Positions 38,739 to 51,290 of a stretch of 64,000 bases of DNA are shown here, in pieces (the stretch's first letter is position 1; the number at the start of each line of letters is the position of its first letter). The notes beneath the pieces were generated by a model. That model had not been told where the DNA came from. It ran no database searches and saw nothing but the letters and a program-made list of their open reading frames with translations. The DNA comes from Octopus sinensis (Eukaryota): NCBI RefSeq assembly GCF_006345805.1, contig NC_043003.1, positions 20,522,001 through 20,586,000 of the forward strand, in the 5' to 3' direction. The position numbers and the translations under genes are program-made.

Positions 38739-38945
38739 TACGAGAGGATGCCAAAAAGTTCGTGGCTTTCGGTAAAAGAAAGCACAGGAAGATCAGCTAA
38801 TTATGATTTTATTCAATATATTCCCCTCTAAGATTCACACAGTTACTGCAACGGTCCTTCAGTTTTTCTAAGCCCTGTAATAGAACTCGGAAGGTTGGGC
38901 CTCCAAGCAGGCCTTATGCGAAACCCTTAAAACTAGGAACTTTTC
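38739..38945 (-). mobile_element. Mariner 3' end with TIR
   Basis: TA-cgagaggatgccaaaaagtt TIR-like end. Minus strand WLEAQPSEF..R...GEYIE-like transposase C-terminus (frameshifted). Confidence 0.7.
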
Positions 38946-40469
38946 AACATCTCGTAAATTCACGCATACATACTAATATACGAAAGTACCCACCAATACA
39001 CGAGCGCGTGCACACGCACACACACACACACACACACACACTTAATCCTACAATAAAGAAGTTTCTATAGTTCTTTCTTTTGAAGACTATTATGAATCGA
39101 CCTTCTCTCATATCTTAGGTATTTATTTCGAAACCTCCAGCTATGCAATCTCAAGTGAACAAAACCGAATCTATAAACCTGTTTCACGAAAGAGATCTCA
39201 ATGGAAGTAACCAATAATATTTTTGTTTCTGTAGTGAGCGTATTTTCAGTGTGAGCACCTTCGTTGTTCAACTTTTCAAACGCACCTGTTCCAGGTTAAT
39301 CCGTATTAAGGAAGCTGCTTTCAGTAGTGGCGCTATTTCCGCTTTAGCTTCAGATTTAGAATTTATATAAAGTATTCTTTTACCTTTATTTGATGATCAT
39401 TTTCGTGTTTTATATTGGATGAAAAGAAATATTTTATATTTTCCATTTCCATAAATATCTAAATGTTCACAACGCGAAATTTTTGTAAGCAATAAGTCTT
39501 TAATTTTCCCTTTGTGCAGACTCACACGGTTGCTTAGCTTTGTTCCGATTTTGCTGATTCTTGTTACAATACGAGCACGTAACGAAGTAGATAAAATTTT
39601 TACTTTGCGATTTATGTTTGCATTCACTTTCATTTCCTTCTAAAAGGGTATCAAACGGAGAAAATACATGTTGGACGATTCGGCTTGTGCAGAGACACAG
39701 TTATGTAACTATATTTTGTGCCGCCCCAGAGTCCACAAAATTATATAGGAGGTTCAAAAGCGCTGTCCCCACAAAAATGTCTCCTGGGGTGGACTATCCT
39801 TTTCACCACCCATCTCCTAGCTATGCTACTGTAGGTAGGTTATGCATCTAGCTAATTCGAAGAAGCAGACGGCATTGATATGACGATAGAACAGAGAGAA
39901 GAAGCGTCATATTGATGTTGCTTTATAAAGTCCTATATTCAAAGTCATTGTATGTTCTATTTTAGTCATTCTATATTTAGAACTATAATATCCAACATGT
40001 CCTATCTTTTTTCTCGGAAAATAGGTTGCGTATTGTGGGAGATTTGACACATATTTTTCTCAGGTCGAGCGAATGCAAGAAAACACACCAGAGTGTCTAG
40101 GAACTAAAGAGAAGAGAGAGTATATAGTAGCCAATCAATCGAATGGCCTTTCTTTGATACGGTCCATAATGTTAATATTTATCCTACAGCAACATCACCG
40201 CCGTATAAATAAATATGAACAGTCAACGCAAGGTTGCTTCTTACTAGGGTTCCATTCAAATTCACAAATTAAATGTAAATCGGAATACATGTCTTAACAA
40301 ATGAATATAAGTATCACTCATGCTCTTCCCTTGATACCTGTTAATTCACTTCGAACCTAACTATTCGAAAGTGTGTGAATTGAGTAGCAAATTAGATTCA
40401 CTCAATACACATGCTAGACGTCCATTTTATTTATCAAATTTACGCCATTTTACATCGGAAATGTCCAAC

Positions 40470-40880
40470 TTCTACCATCCTTCTCTTTCCCCTTTCTCTA
40501 TTTTACAATCATCATTCTCCTTTTTCACTTCTTATTCTTCCTTTTCCTTTCCTTCTTCTTCTTCTTCTCCTCCTCCTCCTCCTCCTCCTCATTTCTCCTC
40601 TCTTCCTCCTCCCCTCCAAATTTTCTCCTTCTGTCCTCCTCTTCCTCCACCTCCTCCTCGCCTCTATCCCCCTCGTCCTCCTCCTCATTCTTCTTCTTCT
40701 TCTCCTCCTCCTCGTCCTCCAGCACCACCAGCATCACTACTCCCTTCTTCTTCACATTATCCTCCGCCTCCTTTTCCATCTTCGCACTTCAATCTTAATT
40801 TTTCAGAACACAGCCACTATCACAGCCTACATACTCCACCACCATCATTCCCTCTCCCTCAACATCCCTCTCCTCACCCA
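40470..40880. repeat. Polypyrimidine (CCT/CTT) low-complexity tract
   Basis: Direct inspection. Confidence 0.9.
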
Positions 40881-41315
40881 TATATATATATATATATATA
40901 TATATCCCTGTAATCATGTTATCGCAAGGTCTGTTCCAGACGTATGCTGTTACACAAAAGTAATCGGTTTCTTTCCACTTCATCTAAATCAGTCGTTTTG
41001 GAAATCTTGCAAAAAATAATTGCTTCTAACACTTCTAAACCGTGTCTTCGAGTGTCTGGAAATTCAACAGGGAGTACAAAAGTAATAAGACAGAACAAAC
41101 ATACTTTTTTTTTTCAAACACGCAGAGACACAATCACACGTAAACAGAAATTCACTCATATACACTCCATCCATAATTTTTATTCCTATGTCCGTCTCTT
41201 AAACATATATGTACATAGAGTCACTCATATTCTATCACAATCAGATTCATACATGCTTTTACACATATACGTATATTCACACGTACTTATATATATATGC
41301 TAACACACAAAGGCA

Positions 41316-41361
<46 letters not shown>

Positions 41362-41571
41362 TATCCATACGATCATTCATTCATAGATATATTTGGAAGA
41401 TAACTGTGTCTAATTGTATGGAAGACTAACGAAGATGTTAACTCATCATGACAAAAATCGAACGACTGGAGTACGTAAAGCAGTGTAAGAAATATATGTA
41501 CACATACATACATACATACATACATACATACATGCATGCATACATACATAACATACATACATACATACATA

Positions 41572-42475
41572 CAGCGCTGGATTAGCCATTAAGCAAAATG
41601 AGCTCGTGCTTAAGGCATCAAGGGACGGCAGCACCACAAAAATGAAAATAGTTTACGGCACGAAAGAAATCACTTTAAACTTGCTAAAATAATATTCGTA
41701 ATGCCTTATCTTTACTATGTATAGAAGTAGAAGTTTACGTAAAAATTATTTTAACTTTGCAATTAAATAAAAACAAAATACAAGGGAAGTTTTCAAATAT
41801 AAATAAAATGGAAGTCTACTAAAATATAATCGTTTCCATCTTACTCATAGTTTTGTTTCGTTTTGAAAAATAAAAACTTATTTTGTGGTTTATTACTGTT
41901 TACATTTAAATCATTTTTGTTTATATTTTGAACATTTGTATATACTTGAGGGCACCAAAACCTTTTAAGTGCTAAGGGCCTCTGTGAGTCTTAATCCCGC
42001 TCTGCATACATACATACATACATACATACATACATACATACAGCGCTGGATTAGCCATTAAGCAAAATGAGCTCGTGCTTAAGGCATCAAGGACGGCAGC
42101 ACCACAAAATGAAATAGTTTACGGCACGAAAGAAATCACTTTAAACTTGCTAAAATAATATTCGTAATGCCTTATCTTTACTATGTATAGAAGTAGAAGT
42201 TTTACGTAAAAATTAATTTTAACTTTGCAATTAAATAAAAACAAAATACAAGGGAAGTTTTCAAATATAAATAAAATGGAAGTCTACTAAAATATACATC
42301 GTTTTCCATCTTACTCATAGTTTTGTTTCGTTTTGAAAAATAAAAACTTATTTTGTGGTTTATTACTGTTTACATTTAAATCATTTTTGTTTATATTTTG
42401 AACCATTTGTATATACTTGAGGGCACCAAAACCTTTTAAGTGCTAAGGGCCTCTGTGAGTCTTAATCCCGCTCTG
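41572..42475. mobile_element. Two tandem copies of a ~434-bp TIR element (hAT-like MITE) separated by (CATA)n
   Basis: Copies at 41572-42004 and 42041-42475. Ends cagcgctggattag / ttaatcccgctctg are imperfect TIRs. Confidence 0.75.
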
Positions 42476-42513
42476 CATACATACATACATACATACATAC
42501 ATACATACATACA

Positions 42514-42546
<33 letters not shown>

Positions 42547-42659
42547 TACAAATATATGAATACATATACATTTGTTTGTATGTATGGGTATATGTATATA
42601 TAAGTACTTACAGTATATATATACACATATACTTATATACGTATATATATATATATAAA

Positions 42660-42960
42660 ACAAGGACGGGTTATGCGGAATTTTCTTTCGTCAGTCGAGT
42701 TCGAGATTATCGTTGCAATTTCGGTTGGTTATACTCGAGATTGCTCCAATCTGGCCAGCTCCAAGGAAAATCTAAGCTAAGAGCATTAGATTCCTTGGAA
42801 GAAACCAGCGAATGTATATGAAAACAAGGACGGAAAAAATAACGGAGAAATGTTACACAAATACAAATGCAAATAACTGGACATTAACAACAGGTGTATT
42901 TCGACTAAGGACGAATTAAATTAAGCTGGCGTGTGTGGAAGTGAAGCCTTACGGCGTGGA
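42660..42960 (-). repeat. Dispersed repeat, homologue of 30885-31300
   Basis: See 30885-31300. Confidence 0.75.
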
Positions 42961-43358
42961 CATAAGAGATGAGAGGCATTGGAAGGAATATAGATTTTGT
43001 ACGGATGGAGGTCGAACCAAGAAAGAAAGTTCAGGCTTGGCCGATACCGGTCACCTCGAGGGAGAGGAGAGGGATAGAGGCAGAGGAATGGAAGAATTTG
43101 GGAGGGACGAGAAAAAATGAAAAGGGACAGAGTGAAGGTGAGAACGAAGAGAAGGCCAGGAAATGTGAGAGGGGGGGAACGAAAGAAAGAAGAGTGGAAA
43201 GAACGAAGTGTGAAGGGGCTGATAGAAAGAAAGAAAGAATGAAATAATAAGAGAGTCGTACAAAATTTATATACATATATATATGTACTTACATATAAGA
43301 GAACAAAGTGTACGTACGCCGCTATATGTACATAAAAAAGAATGCAAAAAATGGTCTC

Positions 43359-43393
<35 letters not shown>

Positions 43394-43399
43394 ATATAT

Positions 43400-43514
<115 letters not shown>

Positions 43515-43549
43515 ATATATATATATATATATAATATATATATATAAAT

Positions 43550-43812
43550 ATTATTAGAGACAAAACCACTATTTTGCAAAACAAACAAGGAAGACTTAAT
43601 CAATACATAAATTTTATAAATAGTCAAAAAAACCGCCACTACAATTGTTTCTTGTCTTGATCGACAATCTTCAGGTGGACTTCCAATAAGTCAGTTTCAA
43701 TTATGAAGTCATAATTTAGTGGCGGTTTTTTTTGACTATTTATTAAAATTTTATGTAGTGATTAAGTCTTTCCTTGTTTGTTTTGCAAAATAGTGGTTTT
43801 GTCTCTAATAAT
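43550..43812. repeat. Foldback of two opposed copies of the hammerhead-bearing element
   Basis: attattagagacaaaaccactattttgcaaaac...ccgccacta pairs with tagtggcgg...gttttgcaaaatagtggttttgtctctaataat. Confidence 0.85.
43636..43678 (-). ncRNA. Minimal type I hammerhead ribozyme with intact core
   Basis: Minus strand ccac-CTGAAGA-ttgtc-gatcaa-gacaa-GAAA-caattg-TA-gtgg: 4-bp stem I, 5-bp stem II, palindromic stem III, GUA triplet. Confidence 0.78.
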
Positions 43813-44082
43813 TTTTATAATATTTTACTATAAAATTGGATTTAATCCTAAATCTGATTTTTTCCCTGTAAATTTGGATTTTTCCCTAATATTTATTATT
43901 TATATATATATATATATATATATAGAATGGAAAACTAACGATGTTAACTCATCATGACAAAAATCGAACGACTGTATATATATACATGTATATATATATA
44001 GTCGTTCAATTTTGTCATGATGAGTTAACATCTTCGTTAGTTTTCTATTCTATATATATATACATGTATATGTATATTCATG

Positions 44083-44116
<34 letters not shown>

Positions 44117-44737
44117 TACATTTATGTATATATGTGTGTTTGTGTGTATGTATGTATGTATGTATGTATGTATGTATGTATGTATGTATGTATGTATGTA
44201 TGTATGTATGTATGTATGTGTATGTATATAACTAAAGTAGACGTGATGGACATTATATAATCCGATATGTCTGCTTTCAGATTTATAATAATCACAAAAA
44301 TATAAAAGAATTCCATGCTTTTTTAACGAGAAATCAAAAATTTATGACAGCAGAACACTGTCCTTCACCGTCTTACTAGCTTCGACTCAATGTCCTATAT
44401 TTAGACTTTTGACATTAATCAACGCGCATTTATATCTAGGTCTGGAGTGTTGGATGTGTCTTTCATATGTGGAAGAGAATAGATTCCAGTAGTAGGCGTA
44501 TTAGTGGTTAGTTCTTAGTGTTTAAGTGGCTGTTAAGAGATTCTATCTTTGGCACAAAAAGATTTTGCTGGATGGTGGTATTTTAAAAAATATTTAATAC
44601 GAACTGGATACATTTGAAGGAATATGACGTACAGACTGTGATCAGATACATTCATGTGTGTGTGCGTGCATACACACGCATGCACACACACATACACACA
44701 CACACTTACACAAGCATACAATGTAATATATAGAGAG

Positions 44738-44992
44738 GAGCACTCCGTCGATTACGACGACGAGGGTCCCAGCTGATACGAACGTAGTTCTCAGGGAGAT
44801 TCAGCGTGACACAGAGTGTGACAAGGCCGGCCCTTTGAAATATAGGTACAACTCATTTTTGCCAGCTGAGTGGGCTGGAGCAACGTGAAATAAAGTGTCT
44901 TGCTCAAGGACACAACGCATCGCCGGGAATCGAACTCACGACCTTACAATCGTCAGCCGAATGCCCTAACCACTAAGCCATGCGCCTTCACT
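44738..44992 (-). mobile_element. tRNA-derived SINE, family C variant
   Basis: gagcaacgtgaaataaagtgtcttgctcaaggacacaac...gggaatcgaactcacgacc...ctaaccactaagccatgcg. Confidence 0.8.
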
Positions 44993-45299
44993 TAATGTAA
45001 TATATACACATAGGACATGGCTTTTCCACACGTCTCCTCTCCTTTTCTCTTTTTCTTGCCCGACCTCCCTCTGTCTTCTGCCATGTTTTACACTCATTCT
45101 ACTATCCTATTTGCTGTTATATATACTACTGGCAGTGCCTGTTTATAGAATTACCCTGGGTTTCTCCTCCTCCTTCTTTTCTTTTTCTTTTCTTCTTCTC
45201 CTCCTCCTCCTCCTCCTCCTCCTCCTCCTTCTTCTTTTTCTTCTCCTCCTCCGTCTTATACTTATTGTCGTTTTTGTTATTTGCTGTTATTGTTATTAA

Positions 45300-45520
45300 G
45301 GCGGTGAAATGGCAGAATCGTTCACACACCGGACAGAATGCTTAATGACATTTCTTCCGGTTCTTTACGATCTGCGTTCCAATTTCGCATCGAGTTCTAC
45401 TTTGTTTTTTCATCCTTTAGGCGTCAATAAAATAATCCCCAGCTGTACATTAAAGTTGATATAATCAACTCGCTCCCTTCCCCGAAATCGCTGGCCTTGT
45501 GCCAAAATTTGAAACCGTTA
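45300..45520 (+). mobile_element. tRNA-derived SINE, family A
   Basis: ggcggtgaaatggcagaatcgtt...tggccttgtgccaaaatttgaaacc. Confidence 0.75.
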
Positions 45521-45564
45521 TTTTATTTAATCACATTATCTTTATATATCTCATTTCATTGCAG

Positions 45565-45855
45565 AATCGGTTATCAGACAAAATATTGACGTATACGTCC
45601 AGTGGATTTATTGAAGGACTCACAAAAAAGTATTTTGCACATAAAGGATGTGATATGCAGAGGGCACACACGCTTGAGATAAAGTATGGTCCGCAACATA
45701 CGGCCGGGTTATTTGTTTTGCTCTTGGTAGCTGTTACCCTTTCAATCTTTCTTATGATGGGAGAATACGTTTTTTTCAAGTACCTTATTCCTGTTTTGAG
45801 GAAGAAGCCTGCCTGTAGTAAATGGAGAAGTATCAATATTATGTTTCTAAGTCAG
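45565..45855 (+). CDS. GRIN3-like: GluN3-like NMDA receptor subunit, exon for end of S2, M4 and proximal C-tail
   Basis: cattgcag acceptor and CAG|gtaaga donor. NRLSDKILTYTSSGFIEGLTKKYFAHKGC...AGLFVLLLVAVTLSIFLMMGEYVFFKYLIPVLRKK...LSQ; phase 0 matches the preceding exon. Confidence 0.92.
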
Positions 45856-46059
45856 GTAAGATCCATCACTGGGAAACCTCCATTTTTATTCAGATTTCTT
45901 ATTTTTCACAGCATAAAGTACCATGGTACTTATATCTTCATAAAAAGTATAAGGAAAATTATTTCAATTTCAGTCTTTTGCATTAAATTTTTACTTTCAG
46001 TTTCGTTCGAAGATTTTTTCATTTATATTTATTTTATATTTTGTCTTCCATATTTTTCC

Positions 46060-46255
46060 TGTTTCATTCATTGGACTGCGGCCATATGAAGGGTTTAGTC
46101 AAACAAATCCACCCCAGTATATATTTTTAAGTCGGGTACTTATTCCATCGGTATCTCTTGTCGAACCGATATGTTACGGGGACGTAAACAAACCAACAAG
46201 GGTTGTTAGTGGTGAGGGGACATGCACAAACACACACACACACCCACACATCGTA
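46060..46255 (-). mobile_element. Family B SINE, 3' part
   Basis: cattggactgcggccat...gttacggggacgtaaac. Confidence 0.7.
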
Positions 46256-46576
46256 TACGTTGTGAGTACAGTTAGATATACGACTACCACTGTTGAGTTT
46301 AGAAATCCGAGTGGATTATCAGCACCCAGGCTGCTACCAATGTAGTGGTTTGGTACTATTATACTTAGTAGTATTGCTGCTTATGATGTACAGAGCAAAT
46401 AATGCAACAATGCATAATGTAATAAACTGCTCCTCTGATGATCCGTCGTAGTTAAGCATCCAGTTGCAGTGAGGACATCCAATACGAACGTTTCAAACAA
46501 ACACAACGGTGAAATGTACGTAGGGAACAAATGATACAAATTTGTGTTTATCATAATTTCTCATATACGCGCGCGC

Positions 46577-46611
<35 letters not shown>

Positions 46612-46619
46612 TGTGTGAC

Positions 46620-46765
46620 AGGCTTCTTCTCAGTCTGTGTCTGCCAAATTCACGCATTTACTCACGAGACTCGTGCCTATAGTAGAAAACACTTTGCCAA
46701 GATACCAAGCAGCGAGATTGAACCGGAAAGTATATAGTTGCAAAATGAGCTTCTTAGCCACGCAT
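46620..46765 (-). mobile_element. Family B SINE, head part
   Basis: ggcttcttctcagtctgtgtctgccaaattcac...ctatagtagaaaacactttgccaag...ttgaaccgga. Confidence 0.6.
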
Positions 46766-47166
46766 GTTTATTTATTTATTTATTTTATTATTTGGTGAAT
46801 ACTGCCTTTGCTTTCATATTTCTAAATGCTCAATCCGTGTTCAATGAAATATATAGTACATCCACAGAAAACTTGAAAATAGAACCGTATTCTGGGCACT
46901 TATATAGTGATTGAATATGGCCGCTATTTCAGGACGCTAACTTAACGAAAATACTGCTAATTCTATAGCATTTTGGCTATTTACACGCCACACGCTGTAC
47001 ACAGGGCAAAATGCATTCACTCCTTGCCCTGTATTCGGTGCTATAGTCGCTTGTCTATTCAACGTTCTCCAACATATTTTCAAGTCGTTTCAAGCTTATT
47101 TCAAATAAATTTTCTATATTTCATTGCACTACTTGGTATAAGTAAATGTGAGAATGCATGCATATC

Positions 47167-47219
<53 letters not shown>

Positions 47220-47235
47220 GTGTGTGTGTATATAT

Positions 47236-47270
<35 letters not shown>

Positions 47271-47499
47271 CAGCTTACACGTTTGCAAGTCTTCACACGG
47301 TTCAGTAGAAATTATACTAATGATTTCTATTGATTAAACAAAAAATGGTTCTTATATATTTAAAGAAAGCGTAAATGAGATCTTGTTCATTTTCTTCTTT
47401 ATTTCCAAATGCATATTGGACATGAATTATTTTTCACCAAGATATGGAACAAATCATAGTCTTGACTGATTAACTGCTTACCAATATTCTACAGTGTCG

Positions 47500-47740
47500 A
47501 TTGAAAAGCTTTGCACAGACTCTGATCTTATTTCACAATACATTAATCATAGGAAAAAGGACTGCGCTATGGATCTTTCGAAGACCTTCCGTGACTGAAT
47601 ACCCAAAGTGTTTAAGAGAGGAAGTTATCCTTAGAAAGTAGACTTGGATCGAGTATTGCAACAGAGGGAAGTTCTCTAAAAACAAGTAAGGATCACTAAT
47701 GGTGTTGCATCAGACGGCGAATTACGCCTACTATCCAGGT
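47500..47740 (+). mobile_element. Degraded LINE RT fragment
   Basis: AMDLSKTF (DLSKAFD-like) and ITNGV (GVPQG-like) remnants. Confidence 0.4.
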
Positions 47741-48036
47741 ACGTGTGTTTAACCTGATAGTTATACACACAGCCTCTATCTATCCAATTTCAATTATAAC
47801 TCCTTTTTGTGTCAGAAAACATTTGTCCAAGGCACTGTCTGGGAATCGAACTCGAAACTAAGCAGTTGTGAAACAAATATCTTAACCACACAGCCATGCT
47901 TTGCGCCTGTTGACTGGCAGACAAATACACACACACACATATAGATATTTATATCCATATATATATATATACATATATATATATGTGTGTGTGTGTGTGC
48001 GTGTGTATCCGTATAAATGAGGACGCATGTACTGCT

Positions 48037-48335
48037 GAGACCCCTTTCGGTCATGACTGACCATGGGATTGCTCCTAGCAAGTTACCTTCCCTTGCAAAA
48101 TTCCGGGCAAGGTTGTTTATGGAAGACCAGCAGTCGTCCATGCATACCGGCCTCCCCTCTCCACGAAACCAGTGTTACCCAAAGGGCCGATACAGCTTGG
48201 CACCTGTGACGTCGCAACTCGTTTCTACAACGTGAAATAAAGTGTCTTGCTCAAGAACACAACACGCAGTCCGGTCCGGGATTCGAACTCACAACCTCGC
48301 GATCGTAAGCTCGACGCTCTAACTACTGAGCCATG
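48037..48335 (-). mobile_element. tRNA-derived SINE, family C
   Basis: A box TGGCTCAGTAGTTAG and B box GTTCGAATCC on the minus strand; homologous to 25160-25490. Confidence 0.85.
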
Positions 48336-48373
48336 TATGTACAAGTATATATGTATGTGTGTATATATATATG

Positions 48374-48483
<110 letters not shown>

Positions 48484-49124
48484 TATATATTTATATATAT
48501 TTATATATATAAATTTATATATATGATAAAAGCAACTAAAGAAGTGCTAATGATATTATCAAAGACGGAGGTCATATCTAAAATATTTTGACTTTCTGTG
48601 TCTTTCCCATAATGAAAAGGAACGAATCACTTATCTTTTCTCAGATTCTAGACAATATTATAAAGTTGAAAGGTTTTAACTCTTTCAAATAATTCAATTT
48701 TTGATTAGTATGCTCTTATTCTATCTAATGTGTGTCCATATACGAATACGTGTATGCGTGTGCTCGGGTGAGCGTGTGTACGAATTTATGTGTATGTGTG
48801 TGTGGGGTGTGTGTGCGTTTGTGTGTGTGTGTGTGTGCGTGCGTCTATGTCTGTATGTGTGTCTTTTCTTTGGAAATATCGCATCAAATTATTAGGAAAT
48901 TTGATAACTATCTTTTGCTGAAATCAATGCAAATTATCGATCACCAACGCAATAATGTATTCAGTCACAAAGAATATAAAGTGACACCGATCAATGCATT
49001 ATGGGTAGAACTTTTTCCAATGTGTGTAAATTACATTTCAGTTTTATACTTTATTGTTTTCATTCAGAGCGAAACCAATAAAGTCTCATCTCAAAATAAT
49101 AATAACAACAAGAACAATAATAAT

Positions 49125-49710
49125 TAAAAATTTTGGCACAACGCCAGCAATTTCCTGGGAGTGGTAAATCTATTAAATCGACTTCAGGATTCAAGTGATA
49201 TTTATTTTACCAACGCAAAAAAATAAAACGTAAAGTCGACCTCGGCGATATTTGAACTCAAAACGGATGAAGTGCCGTTACGCGGTTTGCTCGAAGTCGC
49301 TAATGAGTCTACCAGCTCGCCGCCTGAAGTTGTCGTGGCCCAGTATCATAATGATAATATTAATCCCTTCTATTTTAGGCACAAGGTCTGAAATTTGAGG
49401 GGAGGTGGCTAGTCGATTACATCGCCCCCAGTATGTAATTCGTACTTAATTTATTGACCCCGAAAGGATGAAAGGGGCAGTCGACCTCGGCGGAATTTGA
49501 ACTCAGAACAGCGACAGACGAAATACTGCTAAGCCTTTCGACCGGCGTGCTAACGATTCTGTGCTGGTGTCGGGTAAACACAAACATGCAGTGGGACTGA
49601 ACCGCTTTGATCGGCTCGAGGCTATAGTAGAAGACACTTGTCCAAATTGCAAAGTAGTGGGACTGAACCCGGAACCATTTTCTTCTGAAGCAAACTTCTT
49701 ACCACATAGC
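49125..49710 (-). mobile_element. SINE cluster: two family A copies and a family B head
   Basis: aaattttggcacaa...gtcgacctcggcgatatttgaactca; ttaggcacaaggtctg...gtcgacctcggcggaatttgaactcagaa; gaggctatagtagaagacacttg...gggactgaacccggaacc. Confidence 0.75.
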
Positions 49711-50924
49711 CTATTCTTGTATCAAATACAAGAATTTGGGGTTAAACAACAATATTGCAGATTCTTGGTCAATAGTTTTTGATATAGTACTGTCGACATA
49801 TATCAGTTTCCATTGATTAATTTCTGGCTTCTACATTTATAGCGGAAAGAAGTGAAAGATGCTTGTGTCTTAGGAAAGAGCATTGAAAGCGTAAGACAAA
49901 TAAAACTGGCTTCAATCTTCAACAGAGCTAGCATCGCCGACTCCACCAATAAGATCTTCTAATGGTCAACACTTCATCCATTCATTTACTTATTGATTCA
50001 GTTAATAGCCTATAACAGTTGATTTTAATCCATATTTATAGTCTATCCAAAGTGGTCGTAGAGCGATCTCCCATGAAAATGCATAACTCAAATTTATTCA
50101 CTTCAAGCAATCATATCTAATTAAGAAAGCATTTATTAACGGTTCCTTCCTTGGCAGCTGTGGTGTTTGTAAAAGTACATTTGCAAATTGAGCAAGGATT
50201 TATTGTTTTATAAGTAGGAACACTGAAACACAAGATCACTCCAGCCTACATTCTCTGTTTCCACTCGTAATTTTAGATAGTCTAGCTCAATTGAGCGAGA
50301 GGAAAGTTCCGAGGAAGTCCACGACTCGATTTCCCAGTATAAATTGTTTTCACTACATTGATGCGACAAATGCCTACTACTAACTAAAATTCCATGATGA
50401 AACGGATATACTTTAAATGCTGACAATTAAGAGATTTCATTGGAGTTTTTTCTGGGTTTATATTGGGTGGGACGGAGGCTTCGTCAGAAAAGAAAGAGCA
50501 AGAACAATGAATTTTGTGTATAGCCTGTTGCGTGATTAAAGAAGAGGAAGAACAGGCTGACACCTGGATTACCCTGAGCCGTGACACCAGATGCTTACAA
50601 TAGAATGGGTTCTACTATAAGTTCATAAAGGCCAGGTGTTGATGATTCCATCGACCATTCGAGAGAAGGTACATACCGTCCAACAGGATTTTATAGCTTC
50701 TATGTACGAAACTTCACACAGACTGCTTGAGCTGACTTGAGGTTTGCAGTGGGATCGAACTCAGAATCACACGACTGTGAAGTGAGCATCTTAACTGCAT
50801 GACCATGCTCCATTTATGAAATCTGATTTCAGATTCGTCTTCCCGAGTAAAGTGGTAACGTTGACAACGAGAATCTACAAAAATATTGAAGACATGAGAT
50901 ATCGAACTTCATACATACTCTCTC

Positions 50925-51290
50925 TCTCTCTTTTACTCTTTTACTTGTTTCAGTCATTTGACTGTGGCCATGCTGGAGCACCACCATCGACTCCAAGACT
51001 TATTGTTTGTAACCGCTAACTAACGGGGACGTAGACACACCAGCATCGGTTGTCAAGCGATGTTGGGGGGACAAACACAGACACAGACATACACACACAT
51101 ACATACACACACAAACACACACACACATATACGACGGGTTTCTTTCAGTTTCCGTCTACCAAATCTGCTCACAAGGCTTTGGTCGATCCGAGGCTATAGT
51201 AAAAGACACTTGCCCAAGGTGCCACGCAGTGGGACTGAACCCGGAACCATGTGCTTGGTAAGCAAGCCACTTACCACACAGCCACTCCTA
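50925..51290 (-). mobile_element. tRNA-derived SINE, family B
   Basis: Consensus match from tttactcttttacttgtttcagtc to cttaccacacagccac. Confidence 0.85.

Noticed and set aside
40371-41019. Proline/serine/leucine-rich ORFs
   Set aside because: Produced by a CCT/CTT low-complexity tract.
43030-43060. ggccGATAccggTC resembling a hammerhead 3' half
   Set aside because: No CUGANGA half found upstream.
46430-46500. CTGATGA followed by tcc...gga
   Set aside because: The GAA element is not adjacent to the putative stem II and stem I does not form.
48600-49130. AG-preceded short frames considered as the C-terminal exon
   Set aside because: Short, no RLHR-like GluN3 C-tail similarity; one runs into an (AAT)n repeat.
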